Assembly (NCBI GenBank): GCA_964651815.1
Contig: CAZYWG010000003.1
Coordinates: 1 to 50,530 of the forward strand
Reading direction: 5' to 3'
DNA length: 50,530 bases
Source: an uncultured Gammaproteobacteria bacterium
Lineage (GTDB): Bacteria; Patescibacteriota; Microgenomatia; Levybacterales; GWA1-39-11
Each line of letters begins with the position of its first letter. Position 1 is the stretch's first letter. The position numbers were made by a program, and so were the translations under genes. The notes beneath the pieces are model-generated. The model was not told where the DNA came from, did no database searches, and worked only from the letters and a program-made list of their open reading frames with translations. Below, one piece after another: positions 38,916 to 48,071 of the stretch.

Positions 38916-38986
38916 CGCACACAAAAACTGAATAGCGTTTAGTCGCGAAAAGATTCACGTAAGTGAAGTACTCTGCGACACGCAAG

Positions 38987-39087
38987 GAAGATGCCCGGCC
39001 GGTTTTGGTTATGAAATGTGCAATGGCGTGTCCATTTGCAGCGCTTTTGCGCTTCATAATTCTTCTCCGGTCGGGTTCTTCTTTTTT
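38987..39087 (+). terminator. Large branched hairpin followed by a U tract
   Basis: GAAGA..GCCCGGCCGG pairs with CCGGTCGGGT..TCTTC, followed by T6. Confidence 0.6.
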
Positions 39088-39262
39088 AGGAACACTTGTT
39101 TTTTTGTTTCAAAAAACTTAGTGTTTCTTAACTTCAGGCAAGAATTGCCTGAAGCAACCTTATAGACCACAGACTACCACAAGCAACATACTACTTGTAA
39201 TTCCGCCTCATTTTTTGTATCATTACGTTTGTGCCTCCGGCTTTGGAGGAATTTTTTTATTT

Positions 39263-39535
39263 ATGAAAAATTATCAATTAGTTTTACTTTTAAAATCAGA
39301 TCTTAAAAAAGACGCAAAGGACAAGCTTTATGCAGATATCAAAACATGGATAGGTACAGTAGCTTCCGCCAAAGAGGAATCTTTAGGTGAAAAAAAGCTT
39401 GCGTATCCTGTAAAACGTGCAAAAAGTGGAGAATATGTGGTTATGAATTTTGAAACGGAAAATGTGACAGATGACCTGAATAAAAAACTTTTGATAAGGG
39501 ACGAAATTTTAAGACATCTGTTGGTGAGGAACTAA
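39263..39535 (+). CDS. rpsF: 30S ribosomal protein S6
   Basis: YQLVLLL, LGEKKLAYPVK, ILRHLLVR; rpsF-ssb-rpsR synteny. Confidence 0.93.
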   Translation: MKNYQLVLLLKSDLKKDAKDKLYADIKTWIGTVASAKEESLGEKKLAYPVKRAKSGEYVVMNFETENVTDDLNKKLLIRDEILRHLLVRN

Positions 39536-39621
39536 AGTGAAGGCTTAGAGGTACTTCAATCATTTCATGATCGAAGTTAAGAAAATCTAATCCTCACTAA
39601 AGTTCGGAAAGATTTTCTAAA

Positions 39622-40161
39622 ATGGCAAGGAGTTTAAACAAGGTAGAGTTGATTGGAAATTTAACCAGGGATCCGGAGTTGCGTTATACGCCGCAAGGAA
39701 CAGCTGTTTGTACTTTTGGGCTTGCAACAAACAGAAGTTGGGTTACAGATTCAGGAGAAAAAAGGGAAGAGGCGGATTTTCACAGAATTGTTGCTTGGAA
39801 TAAGTTGGCAGAACTATGTTCACAACTTCTTTCAAAGGGCCGAAAGATTTATGTTGAGGGCAGATTGTCAAATAGAAGTTGGACAGCACAGGATGGTACG
39901 CAGAAAAGCATCACGGAAATAGTTATCAATGATATGATAATTCTCGATTCAAGACGCGATGCACCGGAACCTGAAGGGCACGCGTCGCAGGAAGAGGCAA
40001 CAGAGTTTGTAGATGCGCCACCGGCTGAAGGATCGCCCGTTGCGGAAGAAAGTACTTCTACTAAAAAAGCAGAAGCAAAAGAAGTGCCCGAGAAAAAAGA
40101 AACAAAAAAAACAAAACAAGAAGTATCAGAAGAAGTAAATCCTGATGATATACCATTTTAG
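39622..40161 (+). CDS. ssb: Single-stranded DNA-binding protein
   Basis: LNKVELIGNLTRDPELRYT; acidic tail DDIPF. Confidence 0.97.
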   Translation: MARSLNKVELIGNLTRDPELRYTPQGTAVCTFGLATNRSWVTDSGEKREEADFHRIVAWNKLAELCSQLLSKGRKIYVEGRLSNRSWTAQDGTQKSITEIVINDMIILDSRRDAPEPEGHASQEEATEFVDAPPAEGSPVAEESTSTKKAEAKEVPEKKETKKTKQEVSEEVNPDDIPF

Positions 40162-40196
40162 TCAATTTAGAATTTAAAATTAAAAAAAAAGAAAGT

Positions 40197-40451
40197 ATGG
40201 CAAAACAAACAAAAAATACAAAAAGAAGAGCGAGAAAGCAAGAAACAGTTGCAGAGTGTTTTTATTGCAAAGAAGGTAAAACTCCTTCATTTTTGGAATA
40301 TGAAATTCTTTCAAAATTTACTTCAGAACGTGGAAAAATAATGCCACGTTCAAGAAGTGGTATTTGTGCAAAACACCAAAGAAAATTAACCAGTGAAATT
40401 AAAAGAGCAAGATATATGGCTTTTCTTCCATTTGTGGTAAGGCCTGAATAG
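40197..40451 (+). CDS. rpsR: 30S ribosomal protein S18
   Basis: CYFC, SERGKIMPR, CAKHQRKL..EIKRAR.MAFLPF. Confidence 0.96.
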   Translation: MAKQTKNTKRRARKQETVAECFYCKEGKTPSFLEYEILSKFTSERGKIMPRSRSGICAKHQRKLTSEIKRARYMAFLPFVVRPE

Positions 40452-40539
40452 GTAAATCTCCCTCCTTGATATACTTCCCAAAAATTAGTATTATTTAATT
40501 CTGTCCTTCTTTGCCTATTGGTTCTGAATAGACTATCCA

Positions 40540-41820
40540 ATGAATAAAAACGTAACGCTAAGAGCTTTCCAAATAATTCTTATTATTATAATTTCCGCTG
40601 CGGCGGGTTATATCTACGGCACTAATAAAGTTAATGTTGCCCTAAAAAATTTCAAGCCAATTGTTTCAGTAACCACAAAAAATCCACCAAACGGCGAAAG
40701 TCTAAACATGAAGATGTTTTATGATGTTTTTGACCGTGTAAACCAAGATTATTACGACAAATCAAAAATTGATGCAAACAAAATGGTTCAGGGTGCAATA
40801 ACCGGAATGCTTGCAACTCTAAATGATCCGTATACTTCTTTTTTCCCTCCGGCCCAAGCAACAGCTTTTAAAACACAACTTGCGGGACAATTTTCAGGGA
40901 TAGGTGCCGAGCTTTCCCAAACAACAGACAATAAAATTGTGGTTGTCGCACCACTTGATGATTCACCGGCGCAAAAAAATGGAATAAAAGCAGGAGACTT
41001 GGTATTAGCAGTTGATGGGACAAGCACTGCAGGCTGGATGGTCCAGCAAGCGGTAGATAAGATCCGCGGTACAAAAGGGACGCCTGTTGAATTAACAATT
41101 TTACATGACAAAGCAAAGTCGCCTGTTACTATCAAAATTATAAGGGGTGACATAATTATTAAAAGCGTGACCGGTTGGGTAAAAAATTACACATGTCAGA
41201 GTGGAGATTGTTCTGAGACTCCAAGCGGACGTCAGATCGCGTATATCAGGCTCTCACAATTTGGAGACAGGACAAATGATGAATGGCTTTCAACAGTTAA
41301 TACCATCAATTCAAAACTAAAAGACCAAAAAAATGCCGGTTTGATATTAGACCTTAGAAACAACCCTGGAGGATATCTTAATGATGCGGTATTTATTGCC
41401 TCGGAGTTTATAGACCACGGTGTTGTAGTTATCCAAGAGGATTCTGCAAAAAACCAGGAGGCGCTTTCAGTCTCCCGACGCGGTACACTCCTTGATATTC
41501 CAATTATTGTGCTGGTAAATAAAGGGTCAGCCTCAGCCTCAGAAATAACGGCAGGGGCGCTGCGTGACCACAACCGTGCAAAACTTCTTGGTGAAAACTC
41601 CTTTGGAAAAGGGACGGTTCAGCAAGCGGTTGACCTCGATAAAGGCGCGTCAGTTCACGTTTCTGTTGCAAAATGGCTTACACCAAACCAGACGTGGGTC
41701 CACCATGTAGGTCTGAAGCCTGATTTTACGGTTGAGTTTGACGCATCAAAATCTGCCAAGATTGTGGCAAAAGGAATAGATAACCAGATCCAGTCCGCAA
41801 TCACCGAACTCCTGAAATAA
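40540..41820 (+). CDS. ctpA: S41 carboxyl-terminal processing protease
   Basis: DPYT, GIGAEL, PDZ, DLRNNPGG, SASASEI, SFGKGTVQ. Confidence 0.95.
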   Translation: MNKNVTLRAFQIILIIIISAAAGYIYGTNKVNVALKNFKPIVSVTTKNPPNGESLNMKMFYDVFDRVNQDYYDKSKIDANKMVQGAITGMLATLNDPYTSFFPPAQATAFKTQLAGQFSGIGAELSQTTDNKIVVVAPLDDSPAQKNGIKAGDLVLAVDGTSTAGWMVQQAVDKIRGTKGTPVELTILHDKAKSPVTIKIIRGDIIIKSVTGWVKNYTCQSGDCSETPSGRQIAYIRLSQFGDRTNDEWLSTVNTINSKLKDQKNAGLILDLRNNPGGYLNDAVFIASEFIDHGVVVIQEDSAKNQEALSVSRRGTLLDIPIIVLVNKGSASASEITAGALRDHNRAKLLGENSFGKGTVQQAVDLDKGASVHVSVAKWLTPNQTWVHHVGLKPDFTVEFDASKSAKIVAKGIDNQIQSAITELLK

Positions 41821-41860
41821 AATCGTTGCACTGTCCTTTTCCTTGTGTTATATTCCACCT

Positions 41861-42388
41861 ATGTCGCAAGAATCCCCACAATTTGAATTAATAGATAGAG
41901 ATTTATCGCGCTCTAATAGAAGGAGAGATGGAATAGAAGATGATATGACAGAGGGCGTGAGAGACGCGTTCGCTTTTGCAAGGGTAGTATCCAGAAAACT
42001 CGGACACAGCCACATTACATCAGAGCACATACTTCTTGGTTTAGTAAGATCCGATAGGATGTCAATTGCTCGAAGAGTCTTAGAATCAGGCAAACTAAAC
42101 GTAGAAGATATGGGTGTTGTTGTAAGCGGTAAGGTAATCGCAAGAACACCAATTAGAGAAAGCGGCAGCATGAATGGGATGACTATTGAGGCAAATGTTG
42201 CTTTTGAAGCGGCTAAAAAGGAAGCCGAGATAATGGGCGATAAGTTTATAGGGACTCACCATTTGATTTTGGGTTTATCCCAAGGAGAGAATGCGGCATC
42301 AAGCACATTACAAAGTTATGGAATTGATCAAAGAGTTTTGAGAGATGGAGTAGTTGCTGCGGTTTCCGTCATAAGAGGATCCTCCTAA
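41861..42388 (+). CDS. Stand-alone Clp N-terminal repeat domain protein
   Basis: Two Clp_N repeats (HITSEHILLGL, FIGTHHLILGL); no AAA+ module. Confidence 0.85.
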   Translation: MSQESPQFELIDRDLSRSNRRRDGIEDDMTEGVRDAFAFARVVSRKLGHSHITSEHILLGLVRSDRMSIARRVLESGKLNVEDMGVVVSGKVIARTPIRESGSMNGMTIEANVAFEAAKKEAEIMGDKFIGTHHLILGLSQGENAASSTLQSYGIDQRVLRDGVVAAVSVIRGSS

Positions 42389-42452
42389 ACTAATTATTAA
42401 CTTTTAGAAATCCTTCTTTCATAGCTAGCCTTGTTCTGTTAAAATCAAAGCT

Positions 42453-43841
42453 ATGAAACTATATAACACGCTTTCGCGAGCTATTGAAGAATTTAAGCCT
42501 ATTGACCCACCAAAAGTTGGGCTATATGCTTGCGGACCAACAGTTTATGATTACACACATATTGGTCACCTCAGAAAATATATTAATGATGATGTTTTAG
42601 CCAGGGCATTGAAGGCTAATAATTATGATGTTAAGCACATTATGAATATAACTGACGTAGGCCACTTAAGTTCTGACTCTGACGCAGGGGAAGACAAACT
42701 TGAAAAAGGAGCCGCAAAACTCGGGAAAACACCTCTTGAAGTTGCAGAATATTTTGAAGCGGATTTTTGGAAATCTTTAAAGCTTGTAAATATTGCTGAC
42801 CCTGACGTTGCGCCGCGCGCAACAGAGCATATTGAAGACCAGATAGCATTAATTGAGCAACTTGTAAAGAAAGGCTATACCTACAAGACAAATCAAGCAA
42901 TTTATTTTGATGTCTCAAAATTTGCAGACTATACAAAACTCTCAGGCCAAAAACTAGAAGATAAAATCACAGGAGCGCGTTCTGACGTAGTAGTGGATAA
43001 TGAGAAAAAAAATCCGGCGGACTTTGCACTTTGGTTTTTTACGGTTGGTCGCTTCAAAAATCATGCGTTAAAATGGGAATCGCCTTGGGGTGAGGGTTTT
43101 CCCGGCTGGCATATTGAATGTAGTGCAATGTCTATGAAATACCTCGGTTTGAGTTTTGATATTCACACAGGTGGAATAGATCATATTTCAGTTCACCATA
43201 CAAATGAAATTGCGCAGAGTGAAGCCGCAACTGGCAAGCAGTTTGTCAAATATTGGGTCCATTATGCTTTTCTGACAGTGGCGGACGAAAAAATGTCAAA
43301 GTCGCTTGGGAATTATTACAGAATCCATGATGTAACAAGTCGCGGGTTTAATCCATTAGCTTTCAGATATTTAACGTTTCAAACGCATTACCGTTCTGAA
43401 ATGAATTTTACATGGGAGGCTCTGGAGGGTGCACAAATTGCATTAAGCAAGCTTTACGAGCAAGCTGCAGGATTTACAGAAGTTCACAAAGATACTGATA
43501 TTGAAGTAGAGCGTGAATTTTTGGAAGCAGTAGGGCAGGACCTAAATATGCCAAGAGCATTGTCTATTGTGTGGGATATGTTAGGGTCTGCGCACATTAA
43601 GCCTGCAATAAAAGCTGCGACTTTATACAAAATGGATGAAATTTTGGGTCTATCAATTGCAAAAAATGCGGCGCTTGCCGGCAAAATTCCCGACGGTATT
43701 ATGAAAATGGTTGAAACTCGTGAGAAGCTTAGGAAGCAACACAAATTTATGCAAGCAGATCACATGCGCAACAGAATTGAAAAAATGGGATACATAATTG
43801 AAGATAAAGATAAGAAGACAAAAGTTCTACGGAAGGTTTAA
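42453..43841 (+). CDS. cysS: Cysteine--tRNA ligase
   Basis: [23 protein letters not shown]. Confidence 0.97.
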   Translation: MKLYNTLSRAIEEFKPIDPPKVGLYACGPTVYDYTHIGHLRKYINDDVLARALKANNYDVKHIMNITDVGHLSSDSDAGEDKLEKGAAKLGKTPLEVAEYFEADFWKSLKLVNIADPDVAPRATEHIEDQIALIEQLVKKGYTYKTNQAIYFDVSKFADYTKLSGQKLEDKITGARSDVVVDNEKKNPADFALWFFTVGRFKNHALKWESPWGEGFPGWHIECSAMSMKYLGLSFDIHTGGIDHISVHHTNEIAQSEAATGKQFVKYWVHYAFLTVADEKMSKSLGNYYRIHDVTSRGFNPLAFRYLTFQTHYRSEMNFTWEALEGAQIALSKLYEQAAGFTEVHKDTDIEVEREFLEAVGQDLNMPRALSIVWDMLGSAHIKPAIKAATLYKMDEILGLSIAKNAALAGKIPDGIMKMVETREKLRKQHKFMQADHMRNRIEKMGYIIEDKDKKTKVLRKV

Positions 43842-43871
43842 GCTCGCTTATTTTGATTTCATGCACCTAGC

Positions 43872-44684
43872 TTATTTAGCAGATTTTGATTTTCCTGTTG
43901 TTGGCGCTAGAATTTCAGTTTGAGAACCAACTGAATCCATAATCTTTTTTAGTTCCTGCGAGATGGTAAGCGACGGAAGTCTTACAATTCTCTCCGCATT
44001 AATCTGGTCAGGTATTTTTTTATCCATAAACCCTATTACTATAATTCTTTCGCCTGACGCGATTTTTGAAAAACCGGATTTTGCAGTATCACCATTTTCA
44101 TAAACAATAGTTTTTGTAGAGCTTTCAACGCTCGCTGTCAACTTTTTTCCGGTTTCAGAGGCCATAGTCAAATTGAAGTTTGCCGCGTCTTTATCAATTA
44201 CCACTCCTTCAATATTCAGAGGGATATTGGAAGCGCTTGATACAAATCTTGCAAGAAGCCTTTGAGTTTCTTTGTTGTAAAGCCCTATGATGGAAAGTAC
44301 ATCACCTGCTTTTATATCTGAAATTCCAAAAGAAGAATTATCGGATGAATCAAATTTTGTAAGCTCGTCTACATCAATAATAACCTCTTTATTATTAAGG
44401 TTTGTTGCCGTAATTTGCGTATCTGTGGCGCTTTTAACTTTTGCAACAATACCTCTTTTGTCCACAAGTTTCAATTGCGCAACTTTACTTGCAACCAAAT
44501 CCTTTATTTTTTCGATCTGGGTATCCTGCTGCGTAAGTGTAGGAGTTGGCGCAGATTTCCTGGATGGCGTTGTGGTTATGCTTTTGCTATCAGCTGGAGA
44601 CGGAGTTGGTGTAGCAGCCGCGGCAGGTCCTACCGCGAAAGTGATGAGTAGCAAGAGTATAAAAAGTAAGTTTAATTTTTTCAT
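43872..44684 (-). CDS. Secreted protein with tandem OB-fold-like (DUF5666-like) domains
   Basis: Signal peptide; two repeats of 'T.......F/S.I..G..I..IG'. Confidence 0.65.
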   Translation of the reverse strand: MKKLNLLFILLLLITFAVGPAAAATPTPSPADSKSITTTPSRKSAPTPTLTQQDTQIEKIKDLVASKVAQLKLVDKRGIVAKVKSATDTQITATNLNNKEVIIDVDELTKFDSSDNSSFGISDIKAGDVLSIIGLYNKETQRLLARFVSSASNIPLNIEGVVIDKDAANFNLTMASETGKKLTASVESSTKTIVYENGDTAKSGFSKIASGERIIVIGFMDKKIPDQINAERIVRLPSLTISQELKKIMDSVGSQTEILAPTTGKSKSAK

Positions 44685-44685
44685 A

Positions 44686-45108
44686 TTAAAAACTTTCGGT
44701 AGAATATGTTACAACACGTGTGTCACTGCTTTCTTCCCCGTTTGGTTTTATCGCCCGTGTTACTATTTTATTTGCACCGGCGGCAATTGAAATTGTCACG
44801 GAAAAACTTCCATCTGAGGCCGGTTGGGCAACTACATCTTCTTGATTTGTTGAAACAGTAACTGTTGATTGAGCACTTGTCTTGCCCTTAACTTCAATTG
44901 TTCTTCTGTCAGATAGTGATTCATCCTGAGGGGAATCAATTATCAAATCAGACGGCTTTTTAGGGGAAAGGGTAGGACTTCCAGTTTCGGTTGTTGCCGG
45001 TGCTTTGGCTGGTGTGATTTTTGTTTGTTGGTATAAGAAAAAGAGCAGGGTTGTAATTAGCAGTCCTATAACTATCGCGATGAAAACAATTATTATTCTC
45101 TCCCGCAT
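44686..45108 (-). CDS. Membrane-anchored Ig-like domain protein
   Basis: N-terminal TM helix; IDSP.D, VKGKT, DGSFS..I...AGANKI. Confidence 0.75.
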   Translation of the reverse strand: MRERIIIVFIAIVIGLLITTLLFFLYQQTKITPAKAPATTETGSPTLSPKKPSDLIIDSPQDESLSDRRTIEVKGKTSAQSTVTVSTNQEDVVAQPASDGSFSVTISIAAGANKIVTRAIKPNGEESSDTRVVTYSTESF

Positions 45109-45129
45109 ATTGTAATCCCCCTTTCTGGT

Positions 45130-45207
45130 GTCATTTCTGAGTTCGCGGTGCGAACGAAGACTAATTTGTTTAAAACCTTCTTCCCAAAAAATCGGGATCA
45201 GGATGAC
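45130..45207. repeat. MITE/REP-like element with GTCATTTCTGA / TCAGGATGAC inverted termini
   Basis: Imperfect terminal inverted repeats enclosing internal hairpins. Confidence 0.55.
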
Positions 45208-45337
45208 TTAACGCAGGGCAAGGCGGTGTCCAATATGATAGATTAAAAAGCACTTCTTGTCAAGGAAGGCAAAACTGTGGTAGGATAGTCCAACAAATAG
45301 TTACTAGTAGCTAGCTTCTAGTATCTTCTAAAAAAAT

Positions 45338-45826
45338 ATGGACATTGCAAAAGTAGGAGAAAAATCACTCAGAATAAAATCTAAAAACGCATCGTTTATA
45401 ATTAACCCTGAAAAAAAAATTGAAGAGGAAATAGTTATTTTGACGGAAAAACCTCAAGATTATTCCCAGTTTGGAGATAATATTGTAATCTCCGGGCCGG
45501 GAGAATATGAAGCAGCAGGCGTAAGTATAAAAGGGGATTCAAGTGATGGTGGAATTGCTTATGATTTTTTGGAAGATGGTCAGAGGCTTGTTGTCTTATC
45601 AAATCCAAAAGTTGCAAAATCAAAAGATGTAGAAGATGCAAGTGCAGTTGCGGTTTTTCTTGGCGATACGCCCGATAATTTATCTGACCTCACGGCAGAA
45701 TTGGTAGTAGTAATTGGTCCTGAAACAAGCCTTCCGGCAGACCGCGAGAATATAAAAAAAACAGACAAAATAAATCTTAAGAAGACTGAGGAGTACAAAG
45801 GATTCCTCGTTCACCTTTCGAAATAG
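45338..45826 (+). CDS. Degenerate MBL-fold (metallo-beta-lactamase-like) protein
   Basis: SLRIKSK..SFIINP and ISGPGEYEAAGVSIKG; no HxHxDH. Confidence 0.55.
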   Translation: MDIAKVGEKSLRIKSKNASFIINPEKKIEEEIVILTEKPQDYSQFGDNIVISGPGEYEAAGVSIKGDSSDGGIAYDFLEDGQRLVVLSNPKVAKSKDVEDASAVAVFLGDTPDNLSDLTAELVVVIGPETSLPADRENIKKTDKINLKKTEEYKGFLVHLSK

Positions 45827-45860
45827 CAATTGGAACTAGTTGCTAGTATCTATTTAAAAC

Positions 45861-47195
45861 ATGGCAGGTCAACGTATCCCACCAAATAGTATTGAAGCTG
45901 AATCAGCAGTTTTAGGCGCTCTTATGATAGACCATGAGGCAATAAACACTGTTGTCCAAATAGTTAAAGCAGACTACTTTTACAATGGAAATAATAGGCT
46001 TATTTATGACGCCATGCTTGTCTTATATGAAGAAAGAAAGCCAATTGATCTCTTGACGCTAACCCATTCGTTGAAAAAAAAGAAGCAATATGATCTTGTT
46101 GGAGGTTCTGACTATTTAACGTCATTAACAAACGCAGTTCCAACTGCAGCCAATATAGAGCATTACGCCCAGATTTTAAAAGAGACTTATATTAGGCGGT
46201 CTCTTATTACTATTGCTGCGTCAATGACTGACCTTTCTTTTGAAGAAAACAAACCCTCTTCAGAACTTCTTGATTCCGTTGAGCAAACTATTTTTAGTGT
46301 TTCTCAAGAAAATGTAAAACAGGGGTTTATCCACGTTAAAGATGCACTTGCGCAAAGTTTTGATAAATTGGACGAGCTCCATAAGCGCAATTCTGCTTAT
46401 CGTGGAATCGAGACTGGATTTGTGGATCTTGATTTGCTTCTGTCCGGTCTGCAAGATTCAAATTTAATTGTTTTAGCAGCACGTCCGGGACAGGGTAAAA
46501 CAGCTTTTGTAATAAATATTGCGCAATTTGTCTCAGCGGTCAAGAAAAATCCGGTAGGGGTATTTTCTCTCGAAATGAGTAAAGAAGAACTTGTTGACCG
46601 TTTGCTTATTTCTCAAGCAAATATTGATGCTTGGAAACTTAAGACCGGAAAGTTGTCAGAAGACGATTTTGAAAAACTCTCAAATGCAATGGGAGAGCTG
46701 GCGGAAGCCCCGATTTTTATAGATGATACTCCGGGAATTTCAATTGCTGAAATCAGGTCAAAAGCGCGTCGTCTTCAGCTCGAACACGGTCTTAAGCTAC
46801 TTATTGTTGACTACATGCAACTTATTTCGCCGGGCAGGCGCTTTGAAAATCGCGTGCAAGAAGTAACTTATATTTCTCAATCCCTTAAAAACCTCGCCCG
46901 CGAACTTAAAATCCCTGTTATTGGAGTTTCACAGCTGTCGCGTGCAGTAGAGCATAGAGGGGAGCGCCGCCCGCAATTGGCTGATCTTCGTGAGTCAGGG
47001 TCTATTGAGCAGGATGCAGACGTGGTAATGTTTCTTTATACACAAGACGAAGATTTTACTCCTCAAAGAATTGTTAAAATAAACATTGCCAAACACCGTA
47101 ATGGTCCGGTAGGAGAGCGAGAGCTTCTTTTCCGCGGCGACCGTATTAAATTCTTCAATGTAGAGCATACCGCCGGTGAAACCGCGGCAAATTAG
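45861..47195 (+). CDS. dnaB: Replicative DNA helicase
   Basis: PPNSIEAESAVLG, AARPGQGKT, SLEMS, VDYMQL, DLRESGSIEQDAD, KHRNGP. Confidence 0.97.
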   Translation: MAGQRIPPNSIEAESAVLGALMIDHEAINTVVQIVKADYFYNGNNRLIYDAMLVLYEERKPIDLLTLTHSLKKKKQYDLVGGSDYLTSLTNAVPTAANIEHYAQILKETYIRRSLITIAASMTDLSFEENKPSSELLDSVEQTIFSVSQENVKQGFIHVKDALAQSFDKLDELHKRNSAYRGIETGFVDLDLLLSGLQDSNLIVLAARPGQGKTAFVINIAQFVSAVKKNPVGVFSLEMSKEELVDRLLISQANIDAWKLKTGKLSEDDFEKLSNAMGELAEAPIFIDDTPGISIAEIRSKARRLQLEHGLKLLIVDYMQLISPGRRFENRVQEVTYISQSLKNLARELKIPVIGVSQLSRAVEHRGERRPQLADLRESGSIEQDADVVMFLYTQDEDFTPQRIVKINIAKHRNGPVGERELLFRGDRIKFFNVEHTAGETAAN

Positions 47196-47223
47196 GGCTT
47201 ACAAGTAGTGATATAATTATCTT

Positions 47224-47670
47224 ATGGCATCAACACTTGAAACAGTTACAAGAGAGCGTAGTATGAGACCGTTTTTTAAAGCGCTTGCGGATAAGAAGAT
47301 TAGTGGTCAAGATGTGTCCGCTTATCGTGTTCAGCAGGGCGGCGTTGTAAACATTACTCACCCGAATCTCGGGGTATTAGTTGTTATCGAAAGTGGAGAA
47401 GGCGTAGATGTTTCTGTTAAGTCTTTGGCAAAGTACGCAAGGTTTGTTGGAAAGGGTGGTTTCGAAATGGAAAGTGATGGAGGATTTCATTTTCAGCTTG
47501 AGCATGAAGAAAACGTAATGCTGGTTAATAAGAGAAAAAGGGTGGAAATGGATATTAGACTAAGTCCTTCAAATCCACCGCCCGCGGAAGAAGCTATGGT
47601 AGGTGCTAGGGTTAAGCCCGTTCCCCCAACATTAAGCGCAGCAGCTGCGAAAGAAATTCCGAGGTCTTAA
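47224..47670 (+). CDS. Hypothetical protein
   Basis: 148-aa ORF starting 6 nt after TGATATAAT. Confidence 0.7.
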   Translation: MASTLETVTRERSMRPFFKALADKKISGQDVSAYRVQQGGVVNITHPNLGVLVVIESGEGVDVSVKSLAKYARFVGKGGFEMESDGGFHFQLEHEENVMLVNKRKRVEMDIRLSPSNPPPAEEAMVGARVKPVPPTLSAAAAKEIPRS

Positions 47671-47712
47671 AATCACCGGCCAATTTAGTATAATATTCAA
47701 GTTCGTATTCAG

Positions 47713-47929
47713 GGGCCTATGGTATAGTGGTAGCACGGGGCATTCGTGCCTGCGATTGTGTATGCATGGGCTTATAGGTAAGTGGTATACCGGTACATTC
47801 GCATTGTACAGTCCCGAGTTCGATTCTCGGTAAGTCCACAAAACTTTTGCAGGCACTGAGACGGGATTCGATCCCCCATGGTCTACATAAAATGGCACCC
47901 AGACGCCAGTTCGATTCTGGCTAGGTCCA
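47713..47929 (+). tRNA. Interrupted outer tRNA-Ala-like gene (5' half 47713-~47750, 3' half ~47896-47929) enclosing a complete tRNA
   Basis: Acceptor GGGCCTA/TAGGTCC-A with G3.U70; D-arm GTAT-AGTGGTA-GCAC; perfect T-arm GCCAG-TTCGATT-CTGGC; anticodon arm broken by an insert of about 150 nt. Confidence 0.75.
47768..47838 (+). tRNA. tRNA-Ala(CGC), complete, nested; CCA not encoded
   Basis: GGGCTTA/TAAGTCC-A; D-arm GGTA/TACC; anticodon arm GTACA-TTCGCAT-TGTAC; T-arm CCGAG-TTCGATT-CTCGG; G3.U70. Confidence 0.95.
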
Positions 47930-48071
47930 CCCCGCTTTGGCGGGGTGCATCAAACACATAGTGATTGAGCAACCAAAAACCTAAACTCCTACTGGAATTG
48001 TGACTCGAGCTGAATAATATTAGAAAAAACCTGTTGCATTTTATTTTTTAATTCAATATAATTTGTTATTA

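Noticed and set aside
47747-47895. Group I/II or archaeal BHB intron in the outer tRNA
   Set aside because: About 150 nt mostly filled by tRNA sequence; no catalytic core motifs; no clean 3-4-3 BHB; no splice junction restores a canonical anticodon arm.
47713-47929. tmRNA (Ala-type tRNA-like domain with a large insert)
   Set aside because: Too short, has a real D-stem, no tag-peptide ORF or pseudoknot series, and the insert is a tRNA.
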